Shown here: one piece after another, positions 17,599-27,168 of the stretch
How positions within the stretch are numbered: position 1 is the stretch's first letter
How the letters are laid out: every line of letters begins with the position of its first letter
Assembly (NCBI GenBank): GCA_965205015.1
Contig: OZ242029.1
Span: forward strand, 4,974,939-5,038,938
Direction: 5' to 3'
DNA: 64,000 nucleotides
Origin: Candidatus Poribacteria bacterium
Lineage (GTDB): Bacteria; Poribacteria; WGA-4E; WGA-3G
The notes under the pieces: generated by a model
What the model was told of the DNA's origin: nothing
The model's database searches: none
What the model saw: only the letters and a program-made list of their open reading frames with translations
Made by a program: the position numbers and the translations under genes

Positions 17599-18267
17599 AT
17601 GTGCACGTATGTATTTTCACAACTCTCGGAAGAAACGCTCAAAACACTCGTAACGTTGAACGAAACGTACATTGCTCCAGAGAAATGGGAGAAAATGCAA
17701 ATTCCCCTCACCGCAGAGGAGCACAGGCGGCTTGACGATATCAAATCAACGCTGTACCATCGGCATCTGGTCGTTATGAACGAGACGACGCTCTGGGCGC
17801 GTGCGATTTATCCGATGTTGGTACTTGCAGAACAAGGACATATTCAAGCGTGGAGTAGCGTACCGCTGAAAGCCTCATACTTAACGTTTGAATTGGAAGG
17901 CGAAGCGGATGGTGCCCTTGCGCCTTCCCTCGGTGGACGTGTCCGCCCCCCTTATCTCATCGTGAATGAAGCAAAACGCGGTATTCATGCTCCTGATCCA
18001 CAATTTCAACTCTACGGCGAAATGCTTGCCGCCGCATGGCTCAATTGGGAAAAAGACGCTAATCCTGAACAAGAAGTTTTCGGGTGTTATACCGTCAATG
18101 ACAGCTGGGCATTCGTGCGCGGTGTCGTCAGCGAGATTGAGACCGACAAACCAACGTTCACACTTGATTTTTCGCCGGTATACAACGGAATATGGGATGC
18201 AGAACAGATCATTCAACTCCTGAAGTTTATCGTTGCGAAGCATTTGGAGGAGATAAAAAATGGCTGA
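17599..18267 (+). CDS. PD-(D/E)xK nuclease-fold protein (HsdR-N/Mrr-like restriction-endonuclease-like)
   Basis: EADGAL...PPYLIVNEAKRG gives D-x(n)-E-x-K after a hydrophobic strand; 8-nt overlap with downstream hydrolase gene. Confidence 0.4.
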   Translation: MCTYVFSQLSEETLKTLVTLNETYIAPEKWEKMQIPLTAEEHRRLDDIKSTLYHRHLVVMNETTLWARAIYPMLVLAEQGHIQAWSSVPLKASYLTFELEGEADGALAPSLGGRVRPPYLIVNEAKRGIHAPDPQFQLYGEMLAAAWLNWEKDANPEQEVFGCYTVNDSWAFVRGVVSEIETDKPTFTLDFSPVYNGIWDAEQIIQLLKFIVAKHLEEIKNG

Positions 18268-20266
18268 ACAACATTACGAACTCGCCCATGTTTTTGCTAA
18301 GACTTCACAGCGTGTCAACGACGCACGCGGCGGCACGTCACGCGACCTCAACACCCCCTACACTTTCCCCGGCTATACCAAAGCGGAATGGACCGAAAAA
18401 GCCGAAGCCTTACGTCAGCAGATTCGCGTGGCTAACGGTTTAATTCCAATACACGCACCGACACCGCTCAATGCCGAGATCTTTGGGAAAATTGAACGAG
18501 ACGATTACACCATCGAAAAAGTCCACTTTGAACCGTTCCCCGGCTTCTTCACGACCGGAAATTTGTACCGTCCATTAGGGAAACAGGGACCTTTTCCTGG
18601 GATTGTGAGTCCACACGGGCACTGGGGACGCGGGAGACTGGAGAATATCGAGCGGGGTTCAATCCCCGGTCGTTGTATCAATTTCGCTAAGCAGGGTTAC
18701 GTCATTTTTGCCTACGATATGCTCGGCTATAACGACAGTGGTAAACAGATAGAACACGGTTACGGCGGCGCGTATGAAGAGCTGTGGGGACTCAGTGCGA
18801 TGGGACTTCAGCTCCAGAACAGCATCCGTTCCATCGACTTTTTAGAGAGCCTGCCAGATGTGGATAATGAACGTATTGGGTGTACAGGCGCATCAGGCGG
18901 CGGCACACAGACCTTTATATTGACGGCAATTGATGAACGCATTAAGGTCTCGGCACCCGTCAATATGATCTCAGCCACGATGCAAGGCGGCTGCATCTGT
19001 GAAAACGCCCCGAACCTGCGCTTAGATGTAAGCAATATTGAGATCGGCGCACTGATGGCCCCACGTCCCCTCCTACTTGTGTCCGCGACAGGCGATTGGA
19101 CAGTGAATACACCGACGGTTGAATACCCAGCCATCCGAAGCATCTATGCACACTTCGACGCAGAAGAGAGGGTACACCAAGTTCAGGTAGACGCAGAACA
19201 TAACTATAATAAGGAAAGCCGCGAAGCGGTCTATGCCTGGTTTGCTAAATGGTTTTTGGGAGTAGAGGACACTTCGGCGTTTAAAGAGGTTGCATTTCAG
19301 GTTGAGCCAGATGAGGCCCTGCTGGTTTTCTCGGAACGCGATCTACCCCCGTACGCCCTGAAACAGGACAAGTTTCTACCGGCTTGGATGAACAGATCCC
19401 AACAGGCGATCGAAAAAGTGAAGCCGACGAACGAAACAGAACTCCAAACATTTCGGGAAGAAATGGGGAATGCGTTAGAACACGCTCTCGGATTAAACAT
19501 CCCAAAAAGCACGGATGTAACGCTTGTTGAACCAGAGGACGCGTTTCCGACAACTTACCATGCGAATTTATCCGCGAGACACCTTGTCATCGGTAGAAAG
19601 GGTATGGGGGACGCCATCCCTTCCGTCCTATTTAGCTCAGAACCGCAAGTCGGACACGCTCCGGTAACGCTCATTGTTCATCCAGAGGGTAAGGCGAAGT
19701 TAATCAATCCAGAGACAGGCGAACCTTCTTCGCTGATCACGGATTTACTCGGTGCTAACCAGAAAGTATTGAGTATTGATGTTTTTGGGACGGGTGAGCA
19801 TAGCGACTATGAGAGATCGGAAGATACCAACTACTTCACCACATATAACCGAACAACGGCAGCCCTACGCGTGCAAGATATTGTAACGGCACTGCACTGC
19901 TTCACAGACAGGGGCTATGTTTCAGAGGTGAACCTGATCGGGATAGGTGAAGCAGGATTGTGGAGTTTACTGGCAGCGGCATTTACGGACGTCAAAAACA
20001 TCGTTGTGGATGCAGCACAATATGCGCTTGACAGTGACGCGGCGTTCTTGGAAACCTTACCGATCCCGAGTATCCGTCGCGTAGGTGATCTTCGGACAGC
20101 CGGAACACTTGTCGCACCCCGACCGCTGACTATCCACAATACCGGTGATGTGTTTGATACAGGATGGATTGCTGAGGTCTACGGAAACATTGAGGCAAGC
20201 CAGTACTTACTTGTTGAAAAAGACAAGTTTTCCGATGAAGAGATCATTACACAGGTGATTGGGTAG
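18260..20266 (+). CDS. tandem alpha/beta-hydrolase fold protein (acetylxylan-esterase/peptidase S9-like N-domain, degenerate second domain)
   Basis: GCTGASGGGTQTF nucleophile elbow, VSATGDW and AEHNYN (Asp/His); C-half repeats the fold with GIGEAG (no Ser). Confidence 0.65.
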   Translation: MAEQHYELAHVFAKTSQRVNDARGGTSRDLNTPYTFPGYTKAEWTEKAEALRQQIRVANGLIPIHAPTPLNAEIFGKIERDDYTIEKVHFEPFPGFFTTGNLYRPLGKQGPFPGIVSPHGHWGRGRLENIERGSIPGRCINFAKQGYVIFAYDMLGYNDSGKQIEHGYGGAYEELWGLSAMGLQLQNSIRSIDFLESLPDVDNERIGCTGASGGGTQTFILTAIDERIKVSAPVNMISATMQGGCICENAPNLRLDVSNIEIGALMAPRPLLLVSATGDWTVNTPTVEYPAIRSIYAHFDAEERVHQVQVDAEHNYNKESREAVYAWFAKWFLGVEDTSAFKEVAFQVEPDEALLVFSERDLPPYALKQDKFLPAWMNRSQQAIEKVKPTNETELQTFREEMGNALEHALGLNIPKSTDVTLVEPEDAFPTTYHANLSARHLVIGRKGMGDAIPSVLFSSEPQVGHAPVTLIVHPEGKAKLINPETGEPSSLITDLLGANQKVLSIDVFGTGEHSDYERSEDTNYFTTYNRTTAALRVQDIVTALHCFTDRGYVSEVNLIGIGEAGLWSLLAAAFTDVKNIVVDAAQYALDSDAAFLETLPIPSIRRVGDLRTAGTLVAPRPLTIHNTGDVFDTGWIAEVYGNIEASQYLLVEKDKFSDEEIITQVIG

Positions 20267-20296
20267 AGAAAAATTGGGCGGACACAAGGTCCGCCC
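20262..20296 (-). terminator. bidirectional hairpin terminator candidate downstream of amt
   Basis: GGGCGGAC-acaa-GGTCCGCCC followed on the minus strand by AATTTTTCTCT. Confidence 0.45.
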
Positions 20297-20439
20297 TTAC
20301 ATTTGTGCGTGCGGTTCACCGACATAAAAAAAAGAGCTCGGTAAGGTTGTTTGACGCTCGATGCGGTTGGGGTGAAAGACCCTACCGAGTCTAAGGCAGT
20401 GAATTACCGAAACCACGCGACATCGGAAAGTGGACGCCT

Positions 20440-21924
20440 CTATGAGAGGTTGTATCCACGTTCGTTGTGTTGCGACAGATCGAGCCCTTGACGTTCCTCA
20501 TCCTCTTCAACGCGTAAGCCGACCGTGGCATCCACAATTTTGAGAATAATAAACGAAAGCACACCACTCCAAACAATGGTAACAATGATACTGAGCAGTT
20601 GCGCCCACACCTGCGTTCCTATTGTCATACCGTCCGCTAATCCAACACCCCCTAAGCCATCGGCGACAAAAACGCCAGTCAACAAGGCACCGACAATTCC
20701 ACCGATACCGTGAACACCGAATGCATCCAGGGAATCGTCATAACCGAGTTGTGTCTTCAGGCTGGTGGCACCCCAGAAACAGACAACACCGGAGACGATG
20801 CCGATAACAAGCGCGCCCATCGGTCCTACAGAGCCTGAGGCAGGGGTAATCGCGACCAATCCAGCCACTGCTCCTGTTACAATCCCCAAAGCACTCGGTT
20901 TGCCGTGTTTCGCCCATTCCACAAACATCCACGCAATAGCGGCGGTAGCAGTTGAAATCTGGGTAACGAGCATTGCCATGCCAGCGGCACCATCAGCAGC
21001 CACAGCACTACCCGCATTGAAGCCAAACCAACCCACCCAGAGCATCGAAGCCCCAACGACGGTGAGTGTCAAACTGTGTGGTGGCATCGGTGTTGTCTGG
21101 TAGCCGATCCGTTTGCCGACTAATATCGCAGCGACTAACGCTGCGATACCTGCGTTAATATGCACAACGGTTCCACCCGCGAAATCAAGCGCGCCGATAA
21201 TATCGCCAAATAACGAACCATCCCCCGACCATGCCATGTGACAGAGCGGTGCGTAGACAATTATCGACCACAGAACAGAGAAGATTAACATCGCCGAGAA
21301 CTTCATCCGCTCCGCGAATGCGCCAGCGATGAGTGCGGGTGTAATAATCGCAAATGTCAACTGGAAGGTAATAAAAACGGTCTCGGGGATAGTCCCAGAA
21401 AGGGTGTCCACGCCGATACCCCGTAAAAACATGGTTCCGAGTCCACCGACAAAAGAGGTAAGCGTGACTTTCCCTGCCTCCATACCGGCGGTGTTAAAGG
21501 CAAGGCTGTAGCCACAGATAACCCAGATAATAGTAATCAACCCTGTCAATGCAAAACATTGCATAAGCACAGAGAGGACATTTTGGACGCGCACGAGCCC
21601 GCCGTAGAAGAGCGCAAGCCCCGGAATCGTCATAAAGAGCACAAGGGCAGTTGACGTTAACATCCAAGCAGTATCCCCTGAATCAGGGGCAGTTGCCTCT
21701 TGTGCCATCGCTAAACTTGGCAGACCACACAGCAATAAAATAACAATTAGCGTTCTAATTCGTGTATAACCAGATCGCTCCTTTGTAGATGGTGATGCAC
21801 ATCGTTGTTGCATCTGTATCCTCCATTCGATGAGTCTCGCAAGCCAAGGCTTGCTTTCAGTACAAGCAGATGTCGCTTGTTTTTTTGTTGCTCTAAGGTA
21901 GACAACTTTGTCTACCGTTTCCAT
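20440..21924 (-). CDS. amt: ammonium transporter (Amt family)
   Basis: DFAGGTVVHINAGIAALVAAILVGKR Amt signature; 11 TM; true start probably internal (MQQRC..., before signal peptide). Confidence 0.9.
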   Translation of the reverse strand: METVDKVVYLRATKKQATSACTESKPWLARLIEWRIQMQQRCASPSTKERSGYTRIRTLIVILLLCGLPSLAMAQEATAPDSGDTAWMLTSTALVLFMTIPGLALFYGGLVRVQNVLSVLMQCFALTGLITIIWVICGYSLAFNTAGMEAGKVTLTSFVGGLGTMFLRGIGVDTLSGTIPETVFITFQLTFAIITPALIAGAFAERMKFSAMLIFSVLWSIIVYAPLCHMAWSGDGSLFGDIIGALDFAGGTVVHINAGIAALVAAILVGKRIGYQTTPMPPHSLTLTVVGASMLWVGWFGFNAGSAVAADGAAGMAMLVTQISTATAAIAWMFVEWAKHGKPSALGIVTGAVAGLVAITPASGSVGPMGALVIGIVSGVVCFWGATSLKTQLGYDDSLDAFGVHGIGGIVGALLTGVFVADGLGGVGLADGMTIGTQVWAQLLSIIVTIVWSGVLSFIILKIVDATVGLRVEEDEERQGLDLSQHNERGYNLS

Positions 21925-22033
21925 TTTTGTAGGGACAGGTAGTTGTGTCCCACTAACCGTTTCTTGAAAGAGAACCTCATTCGCAGAAGTTGTTGATTTA
22001 GCATTTTATCAGAATATCATAATAGTATCAAAT

Positions 22034-22052
22034 TTTTAATTTTACCTTGCGG
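22034..22052 (-). promoter_or_regulatory. CCGCAAGGTAAAATTAAAAA motif ~110 nt upstream of amt
   Basis: Same conserved motif, here followed by a leader containing CTGATAA/CAACAAC elements and a GGGACA...TGTCCC hairpin. Confidence 0.35.
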
Positions 22053-22189
22053 TTAAATGGTAGATAAAAAAAGTGGAACGTCCACAGAACGTGAAGTAAC
22101 TCAGGGATATAAGTGAAACTTCGTGTGGACGTTCCTATTCGGTTTTCAGTCTCCGTCTTATTTGGAGCGAAGACTATATCGCAATATAT

Positions 22190-23527
22190 TTAACGCATCG
22201 AGGAAACATTAAAGTCAGGATAAGCACTTGCGCCGTGTTCTTCGTAGTCCAGTCCTGTTTGTTCTTCCTCTTCACTCACCCGTAAACCTGTAACAGCCTT
22301 AATTCCGTAGAACAGAATAAAGCCAGTAACGAGGCACCATGCGAGAACGGCAACGACACCGACGATTTGTGCCCAGAGGAGTGTAAATCCTCCACCGAAG
22401 AAAAGGCCACTTGAGCTGTCGAAAAATCCGAGGAGAATTGTACCTAAGGCACCACACGTTCCATGTACGGAGATGGCACCGACCGGGTCATCAATGCGGA
22501 GTTTCTCAAACAACAGAACACTCAGAACAACAACAATACCACCGAGCGCGCCAATAATCGCGGCGGATACTGGATTCACAGACGCACAACCGGCAGTAAT
22601 TGCTACCAATCCAGCGAGTGCACCGTTGAGCGACATACCAGCATCGGGTTTGCCAAGAAAAATCCACGCGGTAATCATAGCAGTAATTGCACCTGCGGCA
22701 GCAGCGAGGTTCGTGGTTACGGCAATACCGGAAATTTCAGCGGCATCGGCACCCATTTGACTCCCGGGATTAAATCCGAACCAACCGAGCCATAAGATAA
22801 AGACCCCGAGTGCAGCGAGCGGGAGATTGTGCCCAGCAATCGGTCGTGGATTTCCATCGCTATCGTATTTACCGGCACGGGGACCTAAGACAACAGCACC
22901 CGTCAGTGCGAGCCAACCACCGGTTGAGTGAACGACTGTAGATCCTGCGAAATCTGACATACCAAAGTCTGATAGCCAACCCCCACCCCAAATCCAGTGT
23001 CCAACAACAGGGTAGATGATACCGGTGATGAAGACGCTGTAAATCAGGTAGCTTTTGAACTGTGTCCGTTCCGCCATTGCACCGGAAACGATAGTTGCGG
23101 CGGTTGCGGCGAACACCAATTGGAAGAGCCATGCGGCGTGTGTCGGGACAGAACTCCACTCTAACGAGGTAAAGGCACTCGAATCAGCGGGAACGAACCA
23201 TCCGCTTGTTCCCATGAAGGCGTTACCAACACCGAACATAATGGCGAAACCGATTGCCCAATAAGCAATTGAACCCATTGAGAAGTCCAGCAAGTTTTTC
23301 ATTAGAATGTTAACAGCGTTCTTGGCACGGGTGAAGCCAGACTCCACCATAGCGAACCCTGCCTGCATAAAGAAAACCAGAAATGCAGCGACGAGCACCC
23401 ACAATGTGTCTGCCATATACTTTGCGTCAGAAACCTTCTCACCTTCAATGGATCCGTTTAAGGCGAAAACGTTCAGGCTCAGCAAACATGTGAGTACCAA
23501 AACTGTTATGATAATCTTACTTTTCAT
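22190..23527 (-). CDS. amt: ammonium transporter (Amt family), second copy
   Basis: DFAGSTVVHSTGGWLALTGAVVLGPR signature; signal peptide. Confidence 0.9.
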   Translation of the reverse strand: MKSKIIITVLVLTCLLSLNVFALNGSIEGEKVSDAKYMADTLWVLVAAFLVFFMQAGFAMVESGFTRAKNAVNILMKNLLDFSMGSIAYWAIGFAIMFGVGNAFMGTSGWFVPADSSAFTSLEWSSVPTHAAWLFQLVFAATAATIVSGAMAERTQFKSYLIYSVFITGIIYPVVGHWIWGGGWLSDFGMSDFAGSTVVHSTGGWLALTGAVVLGPRAGKYDSDGNPRPIAGHNLPLAALGVFILWLGWFGFNPGSQMGADAAEISGIAVTTNLAAAAGAITAMITAWIFLGKPDAGMSLNGALAGLVAITAGCASVNPVSAAIIGALGGIVVVLSVLLFEKLRIDDPVGAISVHGTCGALGTILLGFFDSSSGLFFGGGFTLLWAQIVGVVAVLAWCLVTGFILFYGIKAVTGLRVSEEEEQTGLDYEEHGASAYPDFNVSSMR

Positions 23528-23551
23528 GCGAAATATCTCCTTGTAGAACGG

Positions 23552-23581
23552 CAGTCAGTTATCAGTTGTCAGCAGTCAGTG
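23552..23581 (-). promoter_or_regulatory. TGAYWRC heptad-repeat element in amt 5' leader
   Basis: Sense strand CACTGACTGCTGACAACTGATAACTGACTGCC just upstream of RBS/ATG; related copies upstream of 10190 and 24795. Confidence 0.35.
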
Positions 23582-23651
23582 AAGAGAGACTGATATATCA
23601 AACGCCTCTTGTTACGCATAACTCATAACCAACAACTGATAGTTTCCATCT

Positions 23652-24377
23652 TTACCAAGAACGGACGAAAGTCATTCTGCCGGTGATCCCTGTTTCATCA
23701 TCGCCTTTCTGGGTTTCAAATCCCACAAAGACGCCGAGGGTGTTATTTTCGCCATAGCCGACATTGGCACGGAGACCGGGGGCTAAACTACTGAGTCCGC
23801 CTTCGGTTAAATCAAGCGTCACCTCTACTTGGGGACCAACAGAGAGCGTGTCATTTAGCGACAGCAGCACAAAATTGCGGAGGTAGAACGAATCGCCTGC
23901 TTCTTCATCAAACATAGAATTGAAGAACCCCTGTATCCATGACTCAAAGTAGATGGAACCCGCGGTGAGATAGGTAAACAACTGCGGTGCAATTAAGGAA
24001 GAAGGACCATTCGGGGCAGCGTAATCGAACCCAATACCGACCATTGGAAGGAAACTGAGGGACAGGGAATCGCTGTCAACGACCGGAATGCCGATTCCGA
24101 CGTCTAACTCACCGAATGTGTCAACGACGTAAATATCGGTGTCCAGAGAGAGATCGCCGAGGAAGCTTGGGGAATGACTGGCACCCACCCAGATCTGTGT
24201 TCCTAAACTATCTGTATCTGTCCGAAACCATCCGGAAACACCAGAAGTCTCTTCTTCTGCTGCCATCTCTTCACCCGCTTCATGCGCATCTGCATAAACC
24301 ATTGAAATACTACCAACTGCAAAAATACAAACCATTACTAACAAACGAACCAACCAAAACGCATGCGTTTTCATCAA
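23652..24377 (-). CDS. putative small outer-membrane beta-barrel protein
   Basis: Signal peptide, acidic linker, alternating amphipathic segments, C-terminal GRMTFVRSW (terminal aromatic); paralog of 26344..27084; directly upstream of amt pair. Confidence 0.5.
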   Translation of the reverse strand: MMKTHAFWLVRLLVMVCIFAVGSISMVYADAHEAGEEMAAEEETSGVSGWFRTDTDSLGTQIWVGASHSPSFLGDLSLDTDIYVVDTFGELDVGIGIPVVDSDSLSLSFLPMVGIGFDYAAPNGPSSLIAPQLFTYLTAGSIYFESWIQGFFNSMFDEEAGDSFYLRNFVLLSLNDTLSVGPQVEVTLDLTEGGLSSLAPGLRANVGYGENNTLGVFVGFETQKGDDETGITGRMTFVRSW

Positions 24378-24492
24378 AAACTCCTTTATACGCGTTTTGA
24401 AACGCGCCTACAAGATTACACTTTAAATTTGAGCAACGCACTCTCACGGTGCGATCATGTCAGTCTGCGGTTTTCATAGAGAAAGAGCCCGC

Positions 24493-24521
24493 TTGACTTC
24501 AGCATAAATTTGTGATATAGT
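24493..24521 (+). promoter_or_regulatory. sigma70-like promoter for GT39 gene with long structured leader
   Basis: TTGACT, 17 nt, TGa-TATAGT; ~270-nt leader with GCCTGTC...GACAGGC hairpin and CTGATAAC-type repeats. Confidence 0.45.
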
Positions 24522-24794
24522 GATTTTGCCTGTCTTTTTCGATAAAAGGGGACAGGCGTTTATCGTAAAGACGAGGTAACCGCGCCCCTACGGTTGCACC
24601 TATTTCCGTTTAAAGCAAAAGGCGTGCCAATTAATAGTTATCGGTCGTCAGTGCATTCGCTTCGCTCATTTTCAGTTGTCAGTAATCTAAACACCACAAG
24701 CATTTAACCGATAATAGATAATGAATAACTCTTGCTGTTAGGTAAACTTTTAAAACTGATAACCGACAACTGATAACTGACAACTCTTAAAAAA

Positions 24795-26201
24795 ATGCTG
24801 AAATTTTCAACAAAACATTGCCCAAAAAAGATGCAAATCGTGCTTTTGAGCGGTGTTGTACTGTTCGGAACAGCACTCCGATTTTGGAACTTAGGGCAGT
24901 GGAGTTTCTGGATTGATGAGGTTTTCACCGTTCGAGACGCCCAACACCTTTCAGTCGAAAGTTGGCGAGTGATCCCAAACCCGCTTCCGTATCTTGCGGT
25001 GAAGTTATCAACCTCAATTGCTGGCAGTCGTGAGTGGGGGGCGCGTTTAATTTCGTGCCTGGTCGGCATCGCCTCCATTCCGATGGCTTTTGGGTTAGGC
25101 CGAACCCTCTTCAATTGGCGGATCGGACTCCTGAGTAGCGCATTTGTGGCATGCTCCAGTTGGCATCTGTTTTGGGCACAAAATGCGCGTTATCCAGTCT
25201 TTACCTTTTTCTTTGGTGTCCTGACAGCGTGGTTTTTTTACACATCCCTTGAACGCGATTCAACACTTTTAACCATAGGTGCGCTCGTTTCCTGTTTCTG
25301 TTTAATCCTTTCGCACACCCTCGCCGTTGTGATCGTTCCGGCATTCGCTGCGTATGCCGTGATGTGTCTATTAGAAAAATCTGACAGAAAGCGGTGGCTG
25401 AATCTTCTCATCTTCTTTATCCCCTTCGCGCTGCCGGTGCTTGCATTAGCACTTCCACAAGCTCGAGGTTACCTGTTCTCCGGATGGGGCCGCAACGTAT
25501 GGCAGCGGAGTCCACTCTATATCGTGCTAACACTCGTCCAAGGCGTGAGTATTCCAGTCGCTGTTACCGCTTTTTTCGCTCCCATCGCGACGCGATTCAA
25601 CAAAGCCACGCTCTTCTTACTCTGTTATGCGGGGGTACCGCTGATCCTTTTTCTGATCGCATCGCAGCTCCAAAACGTCGCCGGTTATTACCTATTTTGG
25701 ACGATACCTGCCTACTTTATTCTGGCAGGCGTTGCGTGTGAACGGGTTTGGCAAGTAATAGAAGGTAGGTCTGGAAGAATACTCGGTATGCTCGTGCCGT
25801 GCGTACTGCTGGTGACGCTCCTGTCGCAGGACTATCTCTATTTCAAAATCGAAAATGGTGGGAGACCGAAATGGCGGGAGGCGTTTGAAGTCGTACAAGT
25901 AGAGAAGAAACCTACCGATAAAGTGGTACTCTCAGAACCTGAGATGGGTAGGTATTATCTGCCAGAATTGACCCCGATCTACATCGGGGGGTTATTAGAG
26001 GATTCGGAAGCGTTTGAAAGGGAGTGGGAAACTTCGGGAAGAGAACGGTTATGGTTTCTTGTAGATGTGGCGAGTTTTAATGTCTTCGATGGAAATGAAA
26101 ACGTCCGCAATTGGATTCGTCAACGCGGACATATCGTAAAAACACTGCCTGCCTTTTCACGGGCGAAAGACAGGACAATTCATGTGTATCTGTTGGAATA
26201 G
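24795..26201 (+). CDS. glycosyltransferase family 39 (ArnT/PMT-like) membrane protein
   Basis: ~12 TM, FWIDEVFTVRDAQH DE-motif in first periplasmic loop. Confidence 0.8.
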   Translation: MLKFSTKHCPKKMQIVLLSGVVLFGTALRFWNLGQWSFWIDEVFTVRDAQHLSVESWRVIPNPLPYLAVKLSTSIAGSREWGARLISCLVGIASIPMAFGLGRTLFNWRIGLLSSAFVACSSWHLFWAQNARYPVFTFFFGVLTAWFFYTSLERDSTLLTIGALVSCFCLILSHTLAVVIVPAFAAYAVMCLLEKSDRKRWLNLLIFFIPFALPVLALALPQARGYLFSGWGRNVWQRSPLYIVLTLVQGVSIPVAVTAFFAPIATRFNKATLFLLCYAGVPLILFLIASQLQNVAGYYLFWTIPAYFILAGVACERVWQVIEGRSGRILGMLVPCVLLVTLLSQDYLYFKIENGGRPKWREAFEVVQVEKKPTDKVVLSEPEMGRYYLPELTPIYIGGLLEDSEAFEREWETSGRERLWFLVDVASFNVFDGNENVRNWIRQRGHIVKTLPAFSRAKDRTIHVYLLE

Positions 26202-26343
26202 CATAACCGAAGTCTGAATCGCGGATTACACAGATGACACGAATTTTAAAAGGCGCGTTTCCTATCTGCTTGAAACGCGCCCCTATACATAGGGAGAACG
26301 ATCTCTCGACCGCGATGCTTTAGCATCTGAAGGAAAAAGGGTG

Positions 26344-27084
26344 CTACCATCTACGGGTAAAATTCATTCTACCGGTAAGTCCTGTTTGACCTTCGTCCTT
26401 TTTGGTTTCATACCCAACATATATGCCGAGTGTATTATTCTCGCCATAACCGATGTTCACACGTCCGCCGAAATTGAGAGCCCACAATCCACCCCCCTCA
26501 CCGAGACCGAGCACGGATTCAAACTGTGGACCCACCGCGACAGTTTCGTTTAAAGCGTATGTAAGGTACGTCCGGTTGTAGACTTCATCAAGGGTTTCGC
26601 TATCAAATATGGTTTTGATTGTGCTGATTGTCCAATGGAAGCCGAAGATTTTACCGGCGGGTAGGATCACAAAGATTTGTGGGTATAAGGCATAGGGGCC
26701 ATCTGGACTGACATAATTGAACCCGACACCGAGCATCGGTGTTAGCAGCAGTGCCATGCTGTCATTCGCGATAACAGGGAATGAAACGCCCATATCAAAC
26801 TCGCCCAAATGATCGTTCACATAGATATTAGAATCAAATGAAATACCACCGCTGAGCGGATGACTTGCACCAACCAAAAAATAGGTGCCTAAACTATCAA
26901 CATCAATTTGGAACCAGCCTGTTATCTTCGGTTTTTCTTCTGCTTTTTCACCTTCCATTTCATGACCATCGGCGAAGGCAGTAGAGAAGTTGGTAATAGA
27001 TATTATACAAATTAGTACCCCGATAGCAATTAACCGAAAGCCATTATTGATAGCCCGTGCAAGGCAGATGAAATGATTGTTCAT
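26344..27084 (-). CDS. putative small outer-membrane beta-barrel protein (paralog)
   Basis: Same architecture as 23652..24377 (ITGWFQIDVDSLGT, NIGYGENNTLGIYVGYETKKDEGQTGLTGRMNFTRRW). Confidence 0.5.
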   Translation of the reverse strand: MNNHFICLARAINNGFRLIAIGVLICIISITNFSTAFADGHEMEGEKAEEKPKITGWFQIDVDSLGTYFLVGASHPLSGGISFDSNIYVNDHLGEFDMGVSFPVIANDSMALLLTPMLGVGFNYVSPDGPYALYPQIFVILPAGKIFGFHWTISTIKTIFDSETLDEVYNRTYLTYALNETVAVGPQFESVLGLGEGGGLWALNFGGRVNIGYGENNTLGIYVGYETKKDEGQTGLTGRMNFTRRW

Positions 27085-27168
27085 GAAAATCTCCTTTTTA
27101 AGGGGTGTCGGTTGTTAGTTAAGAGGTAAACTGTTAAACGAAAGTTCGCTTTAACCGACGCCTATTTT

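Noticed and set aside
20765-21103. Ala/Pro-rich plus-strand ORFs (20765..21103, 22473..22760, 22463..22795) within the amt genes
   Set aside because: Opposite-strand shadows of GC-rich membrane-protein coding sequence; no start context; spurious.
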